Source of the DNA: an uncultured Gemmatimonadaceae bacterium
GTDB lineage: Bacteria; Gemmatimonadota; Gemmatimonadetes; Gemmatimonadales; Gemmatimonadaceae
Direction of reading: 5' to 3'
Length of the DNA stretch: 64,000 nucleotides
Assembly: GCA_963751275.1 (NCBI GenBank)
Contig: CAVVTZ010000007.1
Span: 416,001-480,000 of the forward strand
The notes beneath the pieces were generated by a model that saw nothing but the letters and a program-made list of their open reading frames with translations, searched no databases and was not told where the DNA came from. Each line of letters begins with the position of its first letter. Position 1 is the first letter of the stretch. Both the position numbers and the translations under genes were made by a program. Below, in pieces: positions 43,012-55,510 of the stretch.

Positions 43012-43842
43012 ATGACTTCAGTACCGATCTCAGTACCCCGGGCGAAGAACCGCCTGGAGCGGGCGATCCGCGCGTTCCGCGGCTCGCTCTTCTTCATCAT
43101 CTGGCTGCCCTTCCTGAGCATCCCTGCGGCCATCGTCCAGCGCTTGATCGTGTGGCCCATGCTCACGCTGGCTCCCTCGCCGGCCCGCCGCGCCCAGCTC
43201 TATGGCAGCTGGCTGCGCCTGCATTGCCGGTTCGTGCTCTTCCTCGCGCGTGTCACCGCCGGCGTCCGCGTCACCGTCGAAGGATCGATCCCCGACGAGC
43301 CCATCGTCGCCGTGATGAATCACCAATCCGTACTCGACATCCCGGTCGCGGTGAGACTGTTCCACGGCGCATCGCCGCTCTTTCCTACCCGCGACCGCTA
43401 CAAATGGAAGATCCCGTTCCTCTCGCCGACGCTGCGCATGGGGCGCTTCCCCTTCATCACGCAACGGCCCGCGACGGTGCAGCAGGATCTGGATTCACTC
43501 GCTGAAGCCGCCTCTCGCGTCGCGCGCGGAGACAACTCCCTGCTCATCTACGCCGAGGGCCATCGCACGCGCGACGGCCAGATCGGCCGTTTCATGCGGC
43601 AAGGTCCCCGCCTCATCCTGACACAAGCCCAGCGTCCTGTCTACCTCATTGTAGCCGACGGCATGTGGGGCGCCCGAACATTCACCGATGCGCTGGTGGC
43701 GCTGGCCAACTCCCGCATCCATGTCGTCATCGACGGTCCCTATGATCCGCCGCATGCCGAGCATGCCGACGCCTTTCTCGACACGCTCCGCGACCGGATG
43801 ATCCACATGCTCGAGCGCATACGCGAGACGACTCCCGCGTGA
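43012..43842 (+). CDS. PlsC-like lysophospholipid acyltransferase
   Basis: NHQSVLD (HX4D), YAEGHRT. Confidence 0.85.
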   Translation: MTSVPISVPRAKNRLERAIRAFRGSLFFIIWLPFLSIPAAIVQRLIVWPMLTLAPSPARRAQLYGSWLRLHCRFVLFLARVTAGVRVTVEGSIPDEPIVAVMNHQSVLDIPVAVRLFHGASPLFPTRDRYKWKIPFLSPTLRMGRFPFITQRPATVQQDLDSLAEAASRVARGDNSLLIYAEGHRTRDGQIGRFMRQGPRLILTQAQRPVYLIVADGMWGARTFTDALVALANSRIHVVIDGPYDPPHAEHADAFLDTLRDRMIHMLERIRETTPA

Positions 43843-44846
43843 CGCTCGCCGACTCCCTCCTCGCCGAACCGGGCGCGACGGCCTCGTTCACCGCCGACGT
43901 GCTCGAGACACCCGACCCTGCCGCGGCGCAACTCTCGCGAGCGCTCGCCGCATCGTTCGGTCCCGCGTGTGCCGCCATCATCCACTACGGCTCGCACGCC
44001 CAGCGATCGGGCGCGAAAGCGGAAAGCGCGTTCGACTTCTTCGTCATCGTGTCCGACTACGACGCGGCGTACACGGCACTCGCCGCCTCGCGCGGGACGA
44101 AGCTCCGCCCGCGCACCGCCGCCCGTCTGAATCGCCTGCTGGCGCCCAACGTCATCGCGATCCGCTTTCCCGAGCTCACGCCGCCGGCTCTCGCCAAGTG
44201 CGCCGTGCTGTCCCAGGACGATCTCACCCTCGCCACCTCGGCGCAGGCGCCGGACCACTTCACCCAAGGCCGCCTCTTCCAGCACGTGCAGCTCGCCTGG
44301 ACCGGCACGCCAGCCCAACGGCATTCCGTGCTCGGCGCGCTGGCCGCGTGCCGTGCCCGAACGTGCGAATGGGGTCTGCCGTTCCTGCCCGCCGGCTTCG
44401 ATGAAGCCGGCTACATCCGGGCGTTGCTCGCGCGTTCTTTCGAGGCGGAGATCAGGCCAGAGACCGCAGACCGGATCGATACGCTGACCGGCGCTCAACG
44501 GGACTCGCTGGCGCCGGTCTATGACGAACTGCTGCAACGTCTTGAGCATCGAAAGATAATAGAAAACCGCGGCGATGTCTACCGTCTCGTGGCGGCCGTT
44601 CCCGCGCGGGAGCGCCGCCACTGGGAGCGATATTTCCGGCGCAGCAAGCGGCGGGCAACGATGCGCTGGGGGAAATACGTACTCCTCTATGACGACTGGC
44701 TCGACTATGTCGTCCAGAAGGTGGCGCGCCGGTCTGGCACGACGGTGGAACTCACATCGCGCGAGCGCCGCTGGCCCCTCATATTCCTCTGGCCGCGCGT
44801 GTTCCGCTATCTTCGCACCCGACCCCAACGCCGTCGCTCGACATGA
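43839..44846 (+). CDS. Tam41/Mmp37-like lipid-phosphate cytidylyltransferase
   Basis: IHYGS..FDFFVIV nucleotidyltransferase motif; KCAVLSQDDL; QGRLFQHV resembles the Tam41 AGRLQKPV motif. Confidence 0.65.
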   Translation: MTLADSLLAEPGATASFTADVLETPDPAAAQLSRALAASFGPACAAIIHYGSHAQRSGAKAESAFDFFVIVSDYDAAYTALAASRGTKLRPRTAARLNRLLAPNVIAIRFPELTPPALAKCAVLSQDDLTLATSAQAPDHFTQGRLFQHVQLAWTGTPAQRHSVLGALAACRARTCEWGLPFLPAGFDEAGYIRALLARSFEAEIRPETADRIDTLTGAQRDSLAPVYDELLQRLEHRKIIENRGDVYRLVAAVPARERRHWERYFRRSKRRATMRWGKYVLLYDDWLDYVVQKVARRSGTTVELTSRERRWPLIFLWPRVFRYLRTRPQRRRST

Positions 44847-45601
44847 CGCCGACCACCTACATCGCCGTATCACTCGCGTTCGCCTTCCTGCTCACGATGC
44901 CGGTGTACGCCGTCGTCGCGCGCGGGCGTCCGGTGGATGCCGAGGTGGCACGGCGGCCCACCACGCTGCTGCTGGGCGTGTGGGTGCGGGACTGGCTCAT
45001 GTGGGTGATCACGCCGGTGGAGCGCGCGCTGGTGCGCGTGAACGTGTCGCCGGACCTGCTGAACTATGGCGGCGGCGCGCTCGGACTCGCCGCCGGCGTG
45101 TCCTATTCGCAGGGCGCGATCGCGCTCGGCGGTACATTCGTGCTGCTCGGAGGGATCGCGGACGTGCTCGACGGGCGCGTGGCGCGCGCTCGCGGAGTCG
45201 GCAGCGCGTACGGCGAATTCCTCGACTCGATCATCGACCGCTTCTCGGAGATGTTCGTGTTCGTGGGCCTTGCGCTCTACTTCGAGCCGTCGCGTTGGGC
45301 GATGTTGAGTACGGTGGTCGCGCTCGGCGGCGCCATGATGGTGAGCTACTCGCGCGCGAAGGGCGCGGCGGTGGGCGTCGATTGCCGCGGCGGCGTGATG
45401 CAGCGCGCCGAGCGGCTAGTGCTCCTCGCGATCGCTTCGATGCTCGACAATCCGGTCTGCGACTACTTCGGCTGGCCCGAATCGTCGCTGCTCATCGCGG
45501 CCGTGACCCTGATCGGAGCGGCCAGCGTGGGCACCGCGGTGTGGCGGAGCTGGTCGATCGCGGCTGAACTGAAAGCGAGGAATGGCGGGGCTAAGAACTG
45601 A
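44843..45601 (+). CDS. CDP-alcohol phosphatidyltransferase
   Basis: DVLDGRVAR..GEFLDSIIDR, SYSRAK, GVMQRAER. Confidence 0.9.
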   Translation: MTPTTYIAVSLAFAFLLTMPVYAVVARGRPVDAEVARRPTTLLLGVWVRDWLMWVITPVERALVRVNVSPDLLNYGGGALGLAAGVSYSQGAIALGGTFVLLGGIADVLDGRVARARGVGSAYGEFLDSIIDRFSEMFVFVGLALYFEPSRWAMLSTVVALGGAMMVSYSRAKGAAVGVDCRGGVMQRAERLVLLAIASMLDNPVCDYFGWPESSLLIAAVTLIGAASVGTAVWRSWSIAAELKARNGGAKN

Positions 45602-45683
45602 ACGGCAAGAGGGGAAACGGGAAACGGGAAACGGGACGACCTACTTGCCCCCGTTTCCCGTTTCCCGTTTCCCCTCTTGCCGT

Positions 45684-45692
<9 letters not shown>
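45593..45692. repeat. Hairpin with (GGGAAAC)3 repeats that includes both flanking stop codons
   Basis: 43-bp perfect arms (45593-45635 / 45650-45692), 14-nt loop. Confidence 0.93.
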
Positions 45693-48357
<2,665 letters not shown>

Positions 48358-48390
48358 GGGATGTCCGATTGAGGTACTTCTGAAATCTAA

Positions 48391-48587
48391 CGACTGACGG
48401 CGAGCGTGACACCGCGGACGGCGCGTGTGACGACGCTGACGGCGCGTGTGATCGTTGACGTGTGGCCACTACTCGCGCCGCGGCCGTTGCCACACGTCGA
48501 CGACCACAGGCGCTGTCAGCGGTGTTACCGTCGCCGTCAGCGGTGTCAGTCTCGCCGTCAGCGTCGTCACCCTCGCCGTCTCAGTCG
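48391..48587. repeat. Inverted array of 21-bp tandem repeats
   Basis: Three CTGACGGCGNNNGTGACRMCG-like units on + and four on -, around an inner stem GACGTGTGGC/GCCACACGTC. Confidence 0.75.
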
Positions 48588-49696
48588 CTCGGGCTCGCGG
48601 CCATCGGTTGGCTGATCGGCTTCGTCGTCCGCCGCGTTCCGTCGAGCGAATGCACCGATATCGCCTCGAACGGGCATTGCTGCACGAAGTCGCCGTCGGC
48701 GGGACTCCATTCCATGACCGGGTGCTCGATCACCGCCTTGTTCGCGAGATCGAGCACGATGCGGTCGGGGGCCAGCGAGACGCAGATGCCGCAGCCGGTG
48801 CACTTGTTGCGGTCCACGAGGACGTTCACGCGGCGGCGCGGGTAGATCACGCCGGGCTTGAGCTCGTGGTCCGCCACCTGGTCGAGCGCGGCGAGGGTCG
48901 CGGTGTATCCCGCCTCGATCAACTCTTCCGTGTGCACGAAGCTGAACATGTCGCGGTGCGCGACGTCGGGGCGGATGAGCAGCATCGGCGGGCCGGACCA
49001 TGCGGCGAGCGGCTGCAGCTGCAGCGCGTGCATCATGATCGACGCCGCGCGCATGTAGATGGCGGCGAAGCCCTGGCGCCGGATCAAGCGCGCGTGACCG
49101 AGACTCGTGGTCCCGACATCGACGGCGATCACCATCTCCGCGCCGAGTCCGGCGATCGCGGCGGGCAGGTTGTCGATGGTGCCGCCATCGATGCATGGGC
49201 GCTCGCGCACGATGCCCGGCGGGAAGAACCCCGGCAGCGCGCACGACGCGTAGATCGCGTCCACCACCTTCACATCGCGCAGTCCCGGCAGTCCCCACAC
49301 GACGCGCGTGCCGCGCTCCACGTCCACGGTGTTCACGAGCAGCGGCACCCGCAGGTCCTCGAAGGTGCCCTCCGGCGCGTTGAGCCGGCACAATTCGCGC
49401 AGCGGCTCCTCGTGATAGAGCGAGGGGCTCTTCATGCGCTCGAGCAGCATCGCGAGATGGTTGATGCGGAAGAGGTCCTGCTTCTGGAGCGCGCGCGCCC
49501 GCGCGTCCATCTCGTCCAGGCTGATCCCGGCGGCGCGGGCGGCGGCGATGAGCGCGCCGATGCTCGTACCGGCGTAGAGCGCCGGGCGGATGCCGCGCTC
49601 CTTCAGGGCGCGCAGCACGCCGATGTGCGCGAATCCCTTGAGCCCGCCGCCGCCGAGCACGACGGCGACGCGTGAGGGAAATCCTGACGAGGCCAT
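48581..49696 (-). CDS. Patatin-like phospholipase with C-terminal ferredoxin-like domain
   Basis: GGGGLKG, GTSIG, DGG; C-terminal CTGCGIC...QQCP. Confidence 0.85.
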   Translation of the reverse strand: MASSGFPSRVAVVLGGGGLKGFAHIGVLRALKERGIRPALYAGTSIGALIAAARAAGISLDEMDARARALQKQDLFRINHLAMLLERMKSPSLYHEEPLRELCRLNAPEGTFEDLRVPLLVNTVDVERGTRVVWGLPGLRDVKVVDAIYASCALPGFFPPGIVRERPCIDGGTIDNLPAAIAGLGAEMVIAVDVGTTSLGHARLIRRQGFAAIYMRAASIMMHALQLQPLAAWSGPPMLLIRPDVAHRDMFSFVHTEELIEAGYTATLAALDQVADHELKPGVIYPRRRVNVLVDRNKCTGCGICVSLAPDRIVLDLANKAVIEHPVMEWSPADGDFVQQCPFEAISVHSLDGTRRTTKPISQPMAASPSD

Positions 49697-49822
49697 GATC
49701 CCCGTGTGAGTATCTTCCGCGCGGCCCGAATGCCGCGTGCGAGTAAGTTACGCGCCGCGCCCGCCGATGCGAGCGCGGCGCGCTCCGTTGCGGCGGCTTG
49801 GGCTCACCTGTCCTTCATCCGA

Positions 49823-51604
49823 ATGCCACAGCGACTCGTTCCGCAGCTCGTCACCGCGCTCAAGGGCTACACGCGGCACGACCTCCTCAGGGATCTGCTC
49901 GCCGGCGTGATCGTCGGCATCGTCGCGCTCCCGCTCGCCATCGCGTTCGGCATCGCGAGCGGCGTGTCGCCGGCGCAGGGTCTCTACACCGCGATCATCG
50001 GCGGATTCATCATCTCCGCGCTCAGCGGCAGCCGCGTGCAGATCGGCGGTCCGACGGGCGCGTTCGTCGTCATCGTGTACGGCATCGTGCAGGTGTACGG
50101 CTTCGATGGACTGGCCGTCGCCACGCTGATGGCCGGCGTCATTCTGGTCGGCATGGGACTCGCCCGGCTCGGCGCGGCCATCAAGTTCATCCCATACCCC
50201 GTGACGCTCGGGTTCACCGCCGGCATCGCGCTGATCATCGCGATGCAGCAGGTGAAGGATGTGCTCGGGCTCACGATGGGCGCGGTGCCCGCGCCGTTCG
50301 TCGAGAAGATCGAGGCCTTCGCGGCGCACATTGGCACGGCGAACTGGGAGGCGGTCGCGCTCTCGGCGATGGTCGTCGCGGTGATCGCGCTCTGGCCGCG
50401 CGCGTGGTCGCGCGTGCCGAGCCCGTTCGTGGCGCTCCTCGTGGGCACGGTGGGCGCGTACGCGCTCGGGTTGCACGTCGAGACGGTGGGCTCGCGCTTC
50501 GGCACGCTCTCTTTCGCGTTCCCGCACCCGCACTGGCCGAGCGTCACGTTCGCCGACATGCGGCGGCTGGTGAGCCCGGCGATCACGATCGCGCTGCTCG
50601 CGGCGATCGAGAGCCTGCTCTCGGCCGTGGTGGCCGACGGCATGACGGGCGAGCGCCACCGCTCGAACATGGAGCTGGTGGCGCAGGGGGCCGCGAACAT
50701 CGCGTCGCCGCTGTTCGGCGGCATTCCGGTGACGGGCGCGATCGCGCGGACGGCGACCAACATCCGGAACGGCGGCCGCTCGCCGGTGGCGGGGATCGTG
50801 CACGCGGCGACGCTGCTGATGATCGCGCTCTTCCTCGGGAAGTGGGCGGCGTTCATCCCAATGGCGGTGCTCGGCGCGATCCTGCTGGTGGTGGCGTACA
50901 ACATGAGCGAATGGCGCGCCGTGGTGAACATGATGCGCGCGCCGAAGAGCGACATCGCGGTGCTCGCGACCACCTTCCTGCTCACCGTGGTGATCGATCT
51001 CACCGTGGCGATCGAGGTGGGCATCGTGCTCGCCGCGTTCCTCTTCATGCGGCGCATGGCGGAGGTGACGAACGTGAGCGTCATCGCGCGCGAGTTCGCG
51101 GAGAACGTGGACGAGAACGACCCCAATTCCGTGAAGGCGCGGCGCGTGCCGCACGGCGTGGTGGTGTACGAGATCAACGGGCCGTTCTTCTTCGGCGCGG
51201 CGGAGATGTTCAAGGACACGCTGGGGCGCACGATGGGACGCCCGCGCATCCTGATCCTGCGGCTGCGCAACGTGCCGGCGATCGACGCGACGGGGATGAA
51301 CGCGCTGCGCGACGTGGTGCACCGCACGCGCAAGGATGGCACGGTGGTGTTCCTGAGCGACGTGCACGCGCAGCCGATGATGGCGATGGGCCGCTCGGGG
51401 CTGCTCGATGAAGTGGGCGACGATCAGGTCTTCGGCAACATCGACGACGCGCTGAGCCGCGCGCGGAGCGACCTCGGCCTCCCGCCGGTGGCGGCGCCGG
51501 AGATCGCGTTCCCCGGCATGGAGCACGTGACTGGCGAGACGCCGAGCGCGGGGCATCCGGCGATCAACCCGGAATTGCTGGCGCGGAAGCAGCGCGACAG
51601 CTAG
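49823..51604 (+). CDS. SulP family anion permease with STAS domain
   Basis: DLLAGVIVGIVALPLAIAF, GGPTGA, ARTATNI, GPFFFG, DATG. Confidence 0.92.
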   Translation: MPQRLVPQLVTALKGYTRHDLLRDLLAGVIVGIVALPLAIAFGIASGVSPAQGLYTAIIGGFIISALSGSRVQIGGPTGAFVVIVYGIVQVYGFDGLAVATLMAGVILVGMGLARLGAAIKFIPYPVTLGFTAGIALIIAMQQVKDVLGLTMGAVPAPFVEKIEAFAAHIGTANWEAVALSAMVVAVIALWPRAWSRVPSPFVALLVGTVGAYALGLHVETVGSRFGTLSFAFPHPHWPSVTFADMRRLVSPAITIALLAAIESLLSAVVADGMTGERHRSNMELVAQGAANIASPLFGGIPVTGAIARTATNIRNGGRSPVAGIVHAATLLMIALFLGKWAAFIPMAVLGAILLVVAYNMSEWRAVVNMMRAPKSDIAVLATTFLLTVVIDLTVAIEVGIVLAAFLFMRRMAEVTNVSVIAREFAENVDENDPNSVKARRVPHGVVVYEINGPFFFGAAEMFKDTLGRTMGRPRILILRLRNVPAIDATGMNALRDVVHRTRKDGTVVFLSDVHAQPMMAMGRSGLLDEVGDDQVFGNIDDALSRARSDLGLPPVAAPEIAFPGMEHVTGETPSAGHPAINPELLARKQRDS

Positions 51605-51752
51605 GCGGCCGGGCTCCTTGTAGGGGTTTTCCCTCCGGGCGGCGCGTGGATTCCCCGATGTTTCCATCCGCGCGCGGCATGGAGATTGGCACAACCTGCC
51701 CCGCTCCCCTACACGGAGCGCGGGCAGATGCCTTTCTCAGGAGTGTGCGACG

Positions 51753-52304
51753 ATGGACGGCACGCCTCCCGAACCACCGGCGCCGGCAAGCACCGAACCG
51801 CTCGGCCGGCGCCGATTCCTCCGGATCGCCAGCGTGCTTGGCGGCGCGATCTCCGCGCTCCTCGTCGGCGTTCCCGCCGCGGCCGCCTTCCTCTCGCCGG
51901 GATTCAAGAAGCCCGCCAAGAAGGACTGGGTGAAGGTCGCGGATGACGTGGCGACGCTGGATGTCGGCACGCCCATCAAGGTGGACTTCGTCGAAGCCTC
52001 ACGCGACGCGTGGGTGGAGAGCCGGACGCTGCGCACGGTGTGGCTCTATACCGAGGACGGCGAGACCTTCACGGCGTACAGCGGCACCTGCACGCACCTG
52101 GGCTGCAGCTTCGGATACGACAAGGACCGGAACATCTTCGCGTGCCCGTGCCACCGCGGCATGTTCGACGTGAAGACCGGGAAGGTGCTCGGCGGCCCGC
52201 CGCCGCGGCCGCTCGATACGCTGCCGGTGAAGGTGGAGAACGGCGAGGTGCACGTGATGTTCGAGACCTTCCGCACCGGCATCGAAGAGAAGGTGGCGGT
52301 GTGA
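51753..52304 (+). CDS. Rieske [2Fe-2S] subunit of a cytochrome bc complex
   Basis: Tat RRRFL plus TM helix; CTHLGC, CPCH, GPPPRPL. Confidence 0.92.
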   Translation: MDGTPPEPPAPASTEPLGRRRFLRIASVLGGAISALLVGVPAAAAFLSPGFKKPAKKDWVKVADDVATLDVGTPIKVDFVEASRDAWVESRTLRTVWLYTEDGETFTAYSGTCTHLGCSFGYDKDRNIFACPCHRGMFDVKTGKVLGGPPPRPLDTLPVKVENGEVHVMFETFRTGIEEKVAV

Positions 52305-53835
52305 GCGGCAACCCCGGGGGTGGCTGGCTCGACCGCCGGCTCGATCTCTCGAGCATCCGCCGCGCGCTGCTCGACCGCGAAGTGCCCGACCGCCTCACGT
52401 GGTGGCACACGCTGGGCAGCGCCGCGCTCACCGCGTTCCTCGTGCAGGTCGTGACGGGCATCGTGCTCGCGACGTACTACGCGGCGGCGCCGGATCACGC
52501 GTACGAGAGCATCCGCTTCCTCCAGACCAGCGTGACGATGGGCGGCCTGCTGCGCGCGATCCATCACTGGGGATCGAGCGCGATGGTGGTGCTCGTCCTG
52601 GCGCATCTGGTGCGCGTCTTCTCGATGGGCGCGTACAAGTATCCGCGCGAGCCGAACTGGGTGCTGGGCGTGGTGCTCTTCCTCATCGTCATGGGATTCG
52701 GCTTCACGGGCTATCTGCTGCCGTGGGACCAGCGCGCGTACTGGGCGACGCAGGTGGGCACGAGCATCGCCGGGCACCGTGCCCGTGGTGGGCGGCGCGA
52801 TGACGCAGCTGTTGCGCGGCGGCTCGCAGCTCGGCGCGGCGACGCTGACGCGCTTCTACGCGTTCCACGTACTCTGGCTGCCGTTGGCGCTCGGGGGGTT
52901 CGTGCTGATCCACCTCGCCATGGTGATCCGGCAGGGGATCGCGCCGCGCACGGATGCGTTGGAAACAGGCGCGCCCGAGCGCACCAGCGATCCGGCGTAC
53001 CCGGCATACTACGAGAAGGCGTACGCGGCCACGAAGAAAGGCGGCGTCCGCTTCTATCCCGACATCATCGGCAAGGATGCGATCGCATCGCTCGTGGTGG
53101 TGGTGTCGCTGGTGCTGCTGGCGCTCGCCTTCGGCGCGCCGCTCGATGCGCCGGCGGATCCGACCGATTCGAGCTACGTGCCGCGGCCGGAGTGGTATTT
53201 CCTGCCGTTCTTCCAGTTGCTGAAGCTCTTCCCCGGTTCGATGGAGAGCGCCATCGCCGTGGGCGTACCGGGGCTGCTGGTGCTCACGCTGCTCGCGCTG
53301 CCGTTCTTCGACCGGCGGAGCACGCGCAGCATCCGCAACCGGCCGATGGCGCTGGTCGCGATCGTCGTGCTGCTCGGCGGGTCGGCGCTGCTGCTGGGCG
53401 GCGCGCTGCGCGACATTCCAGCCCACCGTCGCCCCGGAGTCGGGACGGCTCCTCTCGAGCACCGAGCGGGCGGGGCGCGCGCTCTTCCAGCGTCAGTGCT
53501 CGAGCTGCCACGTGGTCGGCAAGAACAAGGGCGGCGATGACGGGCCCGATCTCACCGACATCGGCCTGAAGCATTCGACGGGGTGGCTCCACAGCTACAT
53601 CGAGGATCCATCGCGCTTCCACCCGGACTCGAAGATGTCGGCATTCGGTCCTCCGGTGCTCACGCACCAGGAGATCGAAGAGGTGGCGCGCTATCTCGGC
53701 ACGCTGCAGGGAGCGCCCGGCACGAACCTGCCGCCCGAAGTGAACGACACCTTCCCCGAGCCGGCCAAGCACAGCGACGGGAAGAGTGCGAAGGATTCCG
53801 CGCAGAAGTCGCAGGCCAAACCCACGAAGGACTGA
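52301..53835 (+). CDS. Cytochrome b + subunit IV + monoheme cytochrome c fusion (frameshifts near 52773 and 53417)
   Basis: IHHWGSSAM..HLVR, GYLLPWDQRAYW, FYAFH..IH, PEWY; CSSCH at about 53497 and a distal Met (SKMS). Confidence 0.85.
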
Positions 53836-53849
53836 CCGGAGGGACGACG

Positions 53850-55050
53850 ATGATGACCCTGCATGGTTTGCGAACCAGCTGGCGTTCGTCGGTGCTCGGC
53901 GCCGCGCTCTTGCTCGCCGCGATGCCGAACGCCGCGCACGCGATCCCCGCCTGGGCGCGGAAGTACAACATGAATTGCACGGGCTGTCACTATCCCGTTC
54001 CCCCGGTGCTCAACGCGGACGGGCTCGCGTTCAAGTGGGCGGGATACCGGATGCCCGACCAGATCGGGAAGAACGAGGAGGTGACGAAGATCGGCGATTA
54101 TTTCGCGGCGCGCGGCGTGTTCCAGTACGCGTACACGAAGACCCAGGGTGAGCCCGCGGACAACAATTCGCTCACCGTGCCGAGCGCGAGCATCTTCGCG
54201 GCGGGCGCGCTCGGGAAATGGTTCGGCGGATTCCTCGAGCTGGAGGCGTCGCCCGATGGCATTGGCACGGCGGCGCAGGCATTCGGGCACGTGGGGGTCC
54301 GAGGATTCATACGGCGGCGTGCGCATCGTGCAGGGACATCTGATGTCCGAAGGTGCCGTGGCCGGACTCGATCGCGCGATCGGACCGCTGACGCCGCTGG
54401 CCATCGATGGGCCGATCACCACCGCCGTGCCGTTCGGGTTCGGCGATCACAACGGCGTCGATTTCGCGTGGGTGTTCTCGAAGAAGGACCGCCTCGCCAT
54501 CGGCTACTCGAGCAGCCTGGCTCCGGTGCTCGGCGGATCGACCCTCGGGAGCGGGGACTTCTTCATCTCGAACCAATTCATCTGGGACGTGCACGGCGGC
54601 GGACTCAGCGTCATCGGCTACTACGGGAGCGCGACGGGACTCGATTCGATCAATCTCGACCAGGCGTCGCATTACTATCGCGTGGGCGCGACGGCGAATC
54701 ACTACTTCGGCACCTTCGAGGCGAACGGCGGGTACGTCTATGGGAAGGACATGGACCTCCCGACCGGCAACCTGTTCGCGACGAGCACGATCACGGGTCA
54801 GTCGTACTGGCTGGGCGCGGGCTACACGTTCCCGAGCACGTATCTGACGTTCTATGGGCGATGGGAGGTCGTGGATCCCGACAAGACCGACACGGACCTG
54901 AGTACGACGCGCTGGGTGTTCGGTGGCGTGGCGCCGCTGATGACGCCGCAGAACATCAGACTCGGTCTCGAGTACTTCAACGACCAGCTCAAGTTGAGCG
55001 GGTCGCCATCGCGACAGGGAGTCTATCTCGAGCTCCAAGTAGCATATTGA
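53850..55050 (+). CDS. Cyc2-like monoheme cytochrome c-porin fusion (+1 frameshift near 54286)
   Basis: Signal peptide, then AIPAWARKYNMNCTGCH..PVLNADGLAFKWAGY, then beta-strands ending YLELQVAY. Confidence 0.78.
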
Positions 55051-55099
55051 AGTGACCGCCGGCGACCGCCGGCGCGTCGATCCTCAACCGCAGGGAACG

Positions 55100-55468
55100 A
55101 TGCGAGTCTCAGTGAAGTTGTTCGCCGTCGCCGCGATCGCGGCGGCGGCGTGGGCCGGGGCCGGCGCGACCGCGGCCGCCGAGCCGAAGGGGCCGGTGCA
55201 GGGGCCCGACGGGAAGATGGTCTACGTGGAGCATTGCAAGACGTGCCACGGCGCGATCGGCGTGCCCACGAAGAGCGCGGTGTCGAAGTATGACAGCATT
55301 CCGAACTTCAAGACGCCCGGGTTCTTCGACACGCGTTCGCAGGATTCGGTCCTGACGATCCTGAAGAAGGGGAAGGGGAAGGACATGAAGTCGTGGGCGG
55401 AGAAGCTCTCGCCCGCCGAGATGCAGGCGGTGGCGACCTACATCCGGACGTTCGCGGTCGCGAAGTAA
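55100..55468 (+). CDS. Periplasmic monoheme cytochrome c
   Basis: Signal peptide; CKTCHG; distal MKSW. Confidence 0.88.
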   Translation: MRVSVKLFAVAAIAAAAWAGAGATAAAEPKGPVQGPDGKMVYVEHCKTCHGAIGVPTKSAVSKYDSIPNFKTPGFFDTRSQDSVLTILKKGKGKDMKSWAEKLSPAEMQAVATYIRTFAVAK

Positions 55469-55510
55469 GCCCGCTCTGGCGCGCGGCGGCGCCGCGGGGT
55501 AAATGGAGGG

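Noticed and set aside
48391..48587. Mini-CRISPR array
   Set aside because: Units abut with no spacers, are inverted, and no cas genes are present.
51675..51690. Sigma54 promoter for the Rieske operon (CGGCATGGAGATTGGC)
   Set aside because: The -12 element reads TTGG rather than TTGC; too weak to call.
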